From: Chloroflexota bacterium
GTDB lineage: Bacteria; Chloroflexota; UBA11872; VXOZ01
Length of the DNA: 64,000 nt
Assembly (NCBI GenBank): GCA_965220175.1
Contig: OZ244814.1
Span: forward strand, 300,992 to 364,991
Direction: 5' to 3'
Translations under genes and position numbers: made by a program
Notes under the pieces: generated by a model
What the model was told of the DNA's origin: nothing
What the model saw: the letters and a program-made list of their open reading frames with translations, nothing else
Database searches by the model: none
Shown: positions 56,978 through 64,000 of the stretch, one piece after another
Layout: every line of letters starts with the position of its first letter
Position numbering within the stretch: the stretch's first letter is position 1

Positions 56978-58062
56978 ATGTTGGCATCCTCGGCGGCGGG
57001 CAGCTTGGCCGCATGTTAGTTTTGGCGGGGTATCCCCTGGGTCTGCGGTTTCGTGTGTTCGACACTTATGCTGATGCCCCGGCCGGCGAGATGGCAGACC
57101 TCACGGTCGGCAAGAGCTTTGCCGATCCCAATGCGCTCGAACCCTTCATTGCCGATCTCGACCTTGTCACCTATGAATTCGAAAACGTCCCGGTGGACGC
57201 GGCGTGCTTCATCGACGCCCGCGTGCCAGTCTTTCCTCCGCCTGAGGCGCTGGAAGTCTCGCAGGACCGCCTGGCTGAGAAAGTCTTCTTTCGCAACCTG
57301 GATATCCCTACACCCAACTTCAGCGTGGTTGATTCTCACGAAGCCCTGGAGGCTGCCCTAGAGAGGCTTGGCACACTGGCCGTGCTCAAGACCCGGCGGC
57401 TGGGCTACGACGGCAAAGGCCAGCGCATCATCCAGCAAGCAACGGACGTTCAAGCCGCCTGGAACACGCTAAAAGGACAACCGCTGATTCTGGAGTCTTT
57501 CGTCCCCTTTGACCGTGAAGTGTCGCTGCTCTCCGTGCGCGGCCGGGACGGCGCCACTGCGTTCTACCCGTTGGTGGAGAACTTTCACCACAGGGGCATC
57601 CTCCGTCGTTCTAACGCACCGGCTCCGGGAACTTCACCGGAGTTGCAGCCACAAGCGGAGGACTACGGCAAGCGGGTGCTGGAGGCCCTGGACTACGTGG
57701 GCGTGCTGGCTATCGAGTTCTTTCAACAAGACGGCCGGCTGCTCGCCAACGAAATGGCGCCCCGCGTGCACAACTCCGGTCACTGGACGATTGAAGGGGC
57801 GGAGACCAGCCAGTTCGAGAACCACCTGCGGGCGGTGCTCGGTCTTCCGCTGGGTTCTACCGCGCCGCGCGGCCATGCCGTGATGCTCAACCTCATTGGC
57901 ACCATACCCGACAGCGCCACCATCTTAGGGGCGGGCGACGCTCATCTCCATCTCTATGCCAAGGAGCCGCGACCCGGCCGCAAGCTCGGTCACATTTCGT
58001 TGCGCGGCGAGGACGCAGACACCGTCCGGTCACAGGCCGACGCGCTTGAGAAACTTCTGTAG
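56974..58062 (+). CDS. purK: N5-carboxyaminoimidazole ribonucleotide synthase
   Basis: ATP-grasp fold. Start overlaps the purE stop. [14 protein letters not shown] block. Confidence 0.85.
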   Translation: MNVGILGGGQLGRMLVLAGYPLGLRFRVFDTYADAPAGEMADLTVGKSFADPNALEPFIADLDLVTYEFENVPVDAACFIDARVPVFPPPEALEVSQDRLAEKVFFRNLDIPTPNFSVVDSHEALEAALERLGTLAVLKTRRLGYDGKGQRIIQQATDVQAAWNTLKGQPLILESFVPFDREVSLLSVRGRDGATAFYPLVENFHHRGILRRSNAPAPGTSPELQPQAEDYGKRVLEALDYVGVLAIEFFQQDGRLLANEMAPRVHNSGHWTIEGAETSQFENHLRAVLGLPLGSTAPRGHAVMLNLIGTIPDSATILGAGDAHLHLYAKEPRPGRKLGHISLRGEDADTVRSQADALEKLL

Positions 58063-58206
58063 TTGTCGCTCGCACAGCGAAACCCGACCCCAAAACTGCA
58101 AGCCCGTATACTTCTGGCTTAGCTCACCGGGGCTGCCGGCAGGCAGGCTGGTATATAGTGGAATTAAGCACAACCCACATATTTCGCTCTCCAGGAGTAA
58201 CGGTCC

Positions 58207-58644
58207 ATGGATGTACAGGTTTACGGGGTCAATCACGTCGGCATCGAGGTCGACGATGTCGAGAAAGCGGTCGCCTTCTACGAGGACGTGTTCAATCTCG
58301 AAATGCTGCGCGGGGGAGAAGGCGCGGCGTGGTGCCAGCTTGGAAACCACCAGTTTCTCGCAATCTTCGAGGTGGAGGAGTTGCAGCCGGAGCGCTCCCG
58401 CCACTTTGGCATTATGGTGCGGGACGAGGAGCAACTCGCGCACGTGCGCGACAAACTGCGCACGAAATACAACCTGGATGTCATGTCCAACGACTACATT
58501 CGCTGTGACTTTCGCGATCCGTGGGGCAACCGCATCCAGGTGGTTGACCTCCATGACGAGTCCCTGGTGTGGCTGCTGCCCTACCAGGAAGTGCAGGAAG
58601 CGGGCATCGTCTTCCCGGCGCCGGTCGACGCAGCGACCGATTAG
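58207..58644 (+). CDS. VOC-family (glyoxalase/bleomycin-resistance/dioxygenase) protein
   Basis: VNHVGIEVDDVEKAVAFYEDVFNLE beta-alpha-beta-beta-beta module start typical of the VOC family. Confidence 0.65.
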   Translation: MDVQVYGVNHVGIEVDDVEKAVAFYEDVFNLEMLRGGEGAAWCQLGNHQFLAIFEVEELQPERSRHFGIMVRDEEQLAHVRDKLRTKYNLDVMSNDYIRCDFRDPWGNRIQVVDLHDESLVWLLPYQEVQEAGIVFPAPVDAATD

Positions 58645-58655
58645 AGCACAGGCGG

Positions 58656-59085
58656 GGATGGATTCCGCGTCCCGGTTCGGGGCGAGCTAGCGCGGGAATA
58701 TCCATGGCCTTGTTCAGGCCGCGCAAGGGAATGAAAGTGAACGCACATCTCTCCGTTCGTGCTGAGCACTTCGGCAGGCTCAGTACGAGCTTGTCGAAGT
58801 ATGAACGGAGATAATAGGGTGCGGAGTTGCTACCAATGCTGTCGCACTAAGATTAGGGCGGTACGCCCGTTGGGTGCGCTCTGCCCCCTCTCCCTGGGGA
58901 GAGGGCCGGGCTGAGGGGAAATGGCGGGCGCAGGTTGCAAACCTACGCTACCGGGGACGTGTGGCGCGGTGTTCATTGCCACATCATTTAATGTGACAGC
59001 ATTGGGAGTTGCTACTCGCTACCTCCGCCGTTCACCCTGCGACGCTGCTCAGAGCCTGCCCCGTACCGGATACGGGGGCGAACGG
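58656..59085. repeat. Intergenic repeat cluster: family A module (58656..58702), family B (58753..58810), family D (58882..58917), family C (58929..58955 and 59050..59085)
   Basis: Each matches copies elsewhere in the window (see the other repeat entries). Confidence 0.7.
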
Positions 59086-59225
59086 TGTGATAGCCTATTC
59101 TCACGGTAGTGACGGATTGTATAGCGTAGGATGACAGACTGGGTAGCGCGGGGGCTTGTCCCCCGCCTGTGCGCTCAGGAGAGAACGGCAGAGTTTCGCC
59201 AGCGACGAACGAGGAGCGGCAGCGC

Positions 59226-60347
59226 ATGACACCGTCCGAGGTACGGGACCTCTTTCCCATACTGCAAGAGCGGGCCTATCTCTTCAGCGGCGGCATGGCC
59301 CCGGCCTCCTCGCCTATGCTGACGGCCCTCGACCACCATCTCGCCGCGCTCGCGCATCGTACCGGCGACCTCTATCCCAGCTTCATGGACGAGACCCGCG
59401 CGCTGCGTGAGCGGTTTGCGGAACTCATTGGCGCCGATGATGACGAGATCGTCGTAAACGACAGTACTTCGGCGGGATCGAGCCTCGCGGTCAGTTTGGT
59501 CGAGCCAAGGCCCGGCGGCAATGTGGTTTTCGACGGTTTCCCTTATCCCTCCAGTGTCTACCCCTGGATGTTGCCGCCGCGTGACGCGCTGGAACGCCGC
59601 TTTGTGGAACCGCGTGATGGTGTGATCCATCTGGAAGACTTGGAACAGGCTATTGATGACAACACCGTCGCCGTCAGTGTCTCCCACGTCACGCCCGCGC
59701 AGGGCTTTCGGCATGACCTCACCGCGCTGGCCGAAATCGCCCATGCGCGCGATGCCTTGCTGCTGGTGGACGGCGCGCAGTCGGCGGGCGCGCTCAACAT
59801 CGATCTTCACGCCACCGGCGTAGACTTCTTTGCCACCACTGCCATGAAGTGGCTGCTGGGCACGGCGGGGGTGGGCTTCCTCTACGTTGCCAAGCGGCAT
59901 CTGGAACGGCAGCCGACGACGGCCGGTTGGGTGAGCACGACCCAAACGGACATGGAGCGGTTGCGCCTGCTGCCCAGCGCGGAACGCTTCCAGCTTGGCA
60001 TGCCAAACCTGATGGGCGTGGCGGCATGCTTACCGGGAATTGAAATACTGTTGGAAACCGGCATGGAGACGGTGGAATCTCACGTGCTCGACCTGACGGC
60101 ATACTGCATCGACGGTCTGCAAGAACGGGGAATAACGGTGCGCACGTCCAGTGATCCCGCACTGCGTGGGGGCGTGATAGCCGCTGAAATCGACGATGCG
60201 GGCGATCTCCAAGCCTACCTAACTGCGCAAGGCGTGGATACCTACTTCCTGCGTAATCTCTTTCGCGTCGACCCGCACATCTTCAACGACCGCTCGGACA
60301 TAGACCGCTTGCTCGCAGGGATTGACGCCTTCCGCGCAAGCCAATAG
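59226..60347 (+). CDS. class V aminotransferase (cysteine desulfurase / isopenicillin-N epimerase-like)
   Basis: PLP-fold-type-I layout with a TTAMKWLLGTAGVGFLYV lysine block. Start taken at MTPSEVRD. Confidence 0.75.
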   Translation: MTPSEVRDLFPILQERAYLFSGGMAPASSPMLTALDHHLAALAHRTGDLYPSFMDETRALRERFAELIGADDDEIVVNDSTSAGSSLAVSLVEPRPGGNVVFDGFPYPSSVYPWMLPPRDALERRFVEPRDGVIHLEDLEQAIDDNTVAVSVSHVTPAQGFRHDLTALAEIAHARDALLLVDGAQSAGALNIDLHATGVDFFATTAMKWLLGTAGVGFLYVAKRHLERQPTTAGWVSTTQTDMERLRLLPSAERFQLGMPNLMGVAACLPGIEILLETGMETVESHVLDLTAYCIDGLQERGITVRTSSDPALRGGVIAAEIDDAGDLQAYLTAQGVDTYFLRNLFRVDPHIFNDRSDIDRLLAGIDAFRASQ

Positions 60348-60483
60348 TGCACCGATGCGTCTGTCTGGTTGAGCGAGAGTAGAAATAGCACGAGACGAAG
60401 AGGCGGGGGACAAGCCCCCGCGCTACGTTGCGGCAGCGGTGCGCTGGCTCGCGATGACGGCACGAGCCTCGAAACCTTGAATC

Positions 60484-60510
60484 CGGTAGCGCAGGTTTGC
60501 AACCTGCGGC
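60484..60510. repeat. Family C repeat (CCGGTAGCGCAGGTTTGCAACCTGCGG)
   Basis: Reverse complement of GGTTGCAAACCTGCGCTACCGG seen at 18213..18236 and 58929..58955. Confidence 0.6.
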
Positions 60511-60738
60511 AATCCAAAGTGCCGTCGAAGTTTCCCGCCGTTCTGGTTACTCCTCGAAACGTCAATGCTACGCCACTGAATTGCTTGTTTTGCTCACACA
60601 TCCAGTGGCTTGGCGACAAAACTCTTGTCCGATTCTCTGATGAATCTCCACGGCCCTCAGAGCACCTTGGCGTCGCAGTCCACTAAAATAGTAAACGTCC
60701 TTACGAAGGAATTGTATCGGTACATTAAGGAAGACCAA

Positions 60739-61773
60739 ATGCGAGTCGGACTAGTCGGTGCTGGGGGCATGATGCAGATCACGCATCTGCCGTCGCTGTT
60801 ACAGATTGCAGACGTAGAACTGGTCGCGATAGCGGAGTTGGACCGCGCCCGCGCGGAAGCGTTGGCGGCTGCGTACGGAATACCACGGATTCTCGGTAGC
60901 GCGGAAGAGCTCGCCGCCCATGCGGAACTGCTCGACTGCGCCGTAGTCGTGACGCTAAAGGAACACCACTCAGCAGCCATCATCCCCTTCCTCGAAGCCG
61001 GTGTTCCCGTATTCACCGAAAAGCCGTTGGCAGGCTCACGCGCGGACGCCGAGAAGATCCACGCTGCCAGCGAGCGCACCGGCACGCCGGTCATGGTGGG
61101 CTACATGCGCCAATTCGACCCTGCCGTGCAGCGAGCGAAGGAACTGCTTGCGAAAGGCTGCATCGGGGACATCCGCTTCGCCCAGTTCCGCGACTTCGGC
61201 GGCAACTGGCAGATGGGAGCGGCGGCGCTCCATTCCTTGCCCATTGCGCCGCCACCGGCTAAACTCCCTGCAGCCTTCACCGCGTCTTCTCCCTCCCAAC
61301 CGGAGCCAATCAAACGCGCGCTCACCGAGTTGATCGAAGTCTGGGTGCACGATGTCAACATGATGCGACACCTGCTCGGCGATCCGCAGGGCATTCGCTT
61401 CGCCTCCCTAGGCCCGCCCCGCCTCGCCGTCCTCGATTACGGCGCGCATGAGGCCGTGCTGGAAGTCGGACAGTCAACGTACGCCAATGCACCCTGGGAC
61501 CAGGCGGCCACGATCTACGGAACTGAGGGGCGCATAGATCTGGTGCACACGCCGCCGCTGCTCTTTCGCCAACCCTCCGCCCTCACCCTGCATACGCCGA
61601 CCGGTTCCACGCGCCTGGACGTGCCGGCGCGGGAGGCATTCACGGAGGAGATTCGCTACTTCCTCCGCTGCGTGCAGCAGGACATTACTCCAACTCCAGA
61701 CGCTGCGGAAGGCGTCGCCGACATGGCACTTTGCGAGCAGATCGTCGCCGCAGCAACGCAACCGCAAAATTAA
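60739..61773 (+). CDS. Gfo/Idh/MocA-family NAD(P)-dependent oxidoreductase
   Basis: AAGGAAG RBS. MRVGLVGAGGMMQITHLPSL Rossmann start. EKPLA motif. Confidence 0.75.
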   Translation: MRVGLVGAGGMMQITHLPSLLQIADVELVAIAELDRARAEALAAAYGIPRILGSAEELAAHAELLDCAVVVTLKEHHSAAIIPFLEAGVPVFTEKPLAGSRADAEKIHAASERTGTPVMVGYMRQFDPAVQRAKELLAKGCIGDIRFAQFRDFGGNWQMGAAALHSLPIAPPPAKLPAAFTASSPSQPEPIKRALTELIEVWVHDVNMMRHLLGDPQGIRFASLGPPRLAVLDYGAHEAVLEVGQSTYANAPWDQAATIYGTEGRIDLVHTPPLLFRQPSALTLHTPTGSTRLDVPAREAFTEEIRYFLRCVQQDITPTPDAAEGVADMALCEQIVAAATQPQN

Positions 61774-62044
61774 CTCAGGCCGTTACGGGCAGGTTTCCGT
61801 TCTGCTCTGTCTGTCCGCGTGGGAATCTGTCACTTGCGGCCTTAGGGTCGACAGCGATGGCGGGCCCCGGTGAATTGTCGTTGATAACCGCCATCCGGCA
61901 CTCTCGCGTCACGCCATTGCTATCCCGGCTCCGGGACTTTCCGCTCACTACAAACGATTGCCACCCATTTGGTGAGAGACCCGTGTGCAATTGAAACGCA
62001 CTTGGTATACTAGACCAAGCATTTGGCGTCTTAAACTATGTCGG

Positions 62045-62080
62045 CGTCTTCTACGGAGTCGACGTCTACTACGAAGTCGA
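62045..62080. promoter_or_regulatory. Two tandem 18-bp direct repeats (CGTCTTCTACGGAGTCGA / CGTCTACTACGAAGTCGA) about 55 bp upstream of coxS, preceded by palindrome CTTGGTATACTAGACCAAG (62004..62022)
   Basis: Direct reading of the sequence. A partial third unit (GTCGGCGTCTT) precedes them. Position is consistent with an operator/promoter for the cox-like operon. Confidence 0.3.
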
Positions 62081-62134
62081 TGTCTTTCGCGAAGGCGGCG
62101 CATGCACATACGCTCTGCGTAGGGGGATAGACGT

Positions 62135-62605
62135 ATGCCCAGTGAAATTTCCGTAACCATAAACGGCACGCGCCATACGAGCAGTGTCGAACCGCGCATG
62201 TTGCTCGTGCACTATCTGCGTGACGAGCTCGGGCTCACCGGCACGCACGTGGGGTGCGACACCAGTCAATGCGGCGCGTGCACGGTCATCGTGGATGGCG
62301 CCGCGGTCAAGAGTTGTACCGTGCTGGCGGTGCAGGCCGACGGCAGCGAGGTGACCACTATTGAGGGCTTGGCGCAGGACGGCGAACTGCATCCGGTGCA
62401 GGAAGGCTTCTGGGAGGAGCACGGGTTGCAGTGCGGCTTCTGCACGCCGGGCATCATCATGACTTTGCATCAGGTACTGGACGAGCAGCCCGATCCCAGC
62501 GAAGACGAAATCCGCCACTCGCTGGCCGGCAACATTTGCCGCTGCACGGGCTACCAGAACATCGTGAAGGCGGCCCAGTTTGCCGCCCAACGCATGCAGG
62601 AGTAA
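62135..62605 (+). CDS. coxS: (2Fe-2S)-binding small subunit of a molybdopterin dehydrogenase (CoxS / xanthine-dehydrogenase-family)
   Basis: [18 protein letters not shown] and CRCTGY cysteine clusters of the two [2Fe-2S] centres. Confidence 0.85.
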   Translation: MPSEISVTINGTRHTSSVEPRMLLVHYLRDELGLTGTHVGCDTSQCGACTVIVDGAAVKSCTVLAVQADGSEVTTIEGLAQDGELHPVQEGFWEEHGLQCGFCTPGIIMTLHQVLDEQPDPSEDEIRHSLAGNICRCTGYQNIVKAAQFAAQRMQE

Positions 62606-62870
62606 GCAATAGAAAGCTTGCCGCGCAGTGTGCGCACGTGCGGTCCCAATTGCGATCCTCAAGAGCGGACAACACCTGTGCTTGAAGCACGGCGCAGCAC
62701 CCAAATGCGGTTCGACTCTCATGCGTGGGGCTTTTTGCTTTACCGGGACTGCAACGATCAGTAGGAAACTCTCATGCACATGGGTTTCATGTTGGGACAG
62801 TCCTCGTAGGAGCGACAGAGGCTATTACCGTATCCAGATAGATTTGGCAGGTAGTTGGACTTCGGGCTTA

Positions 62871-62907
62871 TCCCCTCTCCCTGAGGGAGAGGGCTAGGGT
62901 GAGGGTG
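62871..62907. repeat. Family D palindromic repeat (CCCCTCTCCCTGAGGGAGAGGGCTAGGGTGAGGGTG)
   Basis: Copies at 58882..58917 and split around the IS481 element (32052..32068 and 33340..33365). Confidence 0.7.
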
Positions 62908-62967
62908 AAGCACCTGAACAGAACTAAGCCGAAGGGGTTTGAGGTGCGTAAGTAAAGGAGCGAGGCG

Positions 62968-64000
62968 ATGATCGCGGGCCAGGTATCGAAATTGATCGGT
63001 TCGCGCGTGAAGCGCAAGGAGGACCCTCGTCTCATTACCGGCGAGGGCAAGTACACCGATGACGTCATCCTGCCGGGCATGGCGTTCTTTGCGGTGCTGC
63101 GCAGTCCGTATGCCCACGCGCGCATAAACAGCATTGATACATCGGCGGCAGCGGCACACGATGACGTGTTGGGAGTGATGACCGGCGCGGAAATCAATGA
63201 GCGCTGCAGTGAGCCGTTCCCACTCTTTGCAATCTTGCCGGGTATGCAGTATCCGGAGCGCTGGCCGATGGCGGCGACGAAAGCCAACTACGTCGGCGAA
63301 CCGGTGGCCGCCGTGGTCGCCTCCTCGCGGGCAGCCGCGCGGGACGCGCTCGATCTCATCGAGGTTGATTACGATCCGCTGCCCGTCGTGACGGACATGG
63401 AGACGGCGGCGGATGCCGACACGCCCGTGATCTTCGAGGAAATGGGCACCAACCTCTGCTACGAGGCCACCGACCAAGCCGGTGACCCCGACCGCGCCTT
63501 TGCCGAGGCCGACGGCGTGGTGGAGGCCCGCATGGAGCAGCCCCGCCTCATTCCCAATCCCATGGAACCGCGGGCGACGGTGGCGGACTACGAACGCAGC
63601 ACCGGCAACGCCACGCTGTGGGTCACGACGCAGAACCCGCACATCGAGCGCATGGTCGCGGCCAAGATGCTCGGCATGCCGGAAAACAAGCTGCGGGTGA
63701 TTGCCATCGACGTGGGCGGCGGTTTCGGCTGCAAGATCAATACGTATTCCGAATCGCTTATTGCCGTAATCCTGTCCCAGGAAGTCGGCCGGCCGGTGAA
63801 ATGGGCGGAAGACCGCACCGAGCACTTCGTTGCCACCAGCCACGGCCGGGGCCAAGCGCAGTACGTGCAAGCCGCCTACAAGAAGGACGGCACGCTGCTG
63901 GGCATGAAGCTGAAGATTTACGCCGATTTAGGGGCGTACGCCCAGGTGATTTCTCACGTTATTCCCACGCTCACGCCGTCGCTGGCGCCGGGCGTCTACA
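62968..64000 (+). CDS. coxL: molybdopterin-binding large subunit of CO-dehydrogenase / xanthine-dehydrogenase family (CoxL-like), 5' partial in window
   Basis: AAGGAG RBS at 62955..62960. Translation MIAGQVSKLIGSRVKRKEDPRLITGEGKYTDD ... GGGFG is the canonical start of CoxL/XdhA-type proteins. Runs off the window end. Confidence 0.8.
   Translation, partial: MIAGQVSKLIGSRVKRKEDPRLITGEGKYTDDVILPGMAFFAVLRSPYAHARINSIDTSAAAAHDDVLGVMTGAEINERCSEPFPLFAILPGMQYPERWPMAATKANYVGEPVAAVVASSRAAARDALDLIEVDYDPLPVVTDMETAADADTPVIFEEMGTNLCYEATDQAGDPDRAFAEADGVVEARMEQPRLIPNPMEPRATVADYERSTGNATLWVTTQNPHIERMVAAKMLGMPENKLRVIAIDVGGGFGCKINTYSESLIAVILSQEVGRPVKWAEDRTEHFVATSHGRGQAQYVQAAYKKDGTLLGMKLKIYADLGAYAQVISHVIPTLTPSLAPGVY

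Overview
This is a high-GC bacterial chromosomal window with roughly 55 protein-coding genes. No rRNA, tRNA or CRISPR array was recognised by eye.

Core housekeeping genes:
- ftsZ and a parA-family ATPase
- mnmG (gidA) and thiE
- purE, purK, dapA and citrate synthase
- a PBP1A-type penicillin-binding protein
- ribosomal protein L25 and a family-4 uracil-DNA glycosylase
- coxS and coxL-like molybdoenzyme subunits, the latter cut off by the window end

Metabolic or catabolic genes:
- four tandem Ldh_2-family oxidoreductase paralogs
- two polysaccharide deacetylases
- an M20 peptidase and an AstE/AspA-family deacylase
- a creatininase-family protein
- an amidohydrolase
- an enolase-superfamily enzyme
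- a GHMP kinase paired with a GalU-like nucleotidyltransferase
- an ABC-2 exporter operon

Lower-GC accessory patches, which are the most interesting parts:
- a minimal nucleotidyltransferase (MNT) gene next to an OLD/PARIS-like ABC-ATPase-TOPRIM fusion gene, both sitting where the 3' part of purH should be; only the N-terminal third of purH remains
- a small protein paired with a PIN nuclease
- a DUF5678-like small protein translationally coupled to a retropepsin-like aspartic protease
- a lone PD-(D/E)XK nuclease of about 450 aa next to an AAC(3) aminoglycoside acetyltransferase

Mobile DNA: an IS481-family element and an IS110-family element, each inserted into or next to small palindromic repeats.

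The intergenic space is crowded with several families of short hairpin-forming interspersed repeats. They include a composite family with GNRA-type loops that occurs singly and as a 2.7-copy tandem array of about 175-bp units. There is also a 1.7-kb noncoding stretch downstream of mnmG that carries three spaced copies of a roughly 30-bp motif.

All protein-family calls come from reading motifs in the translations. No database search was possible.
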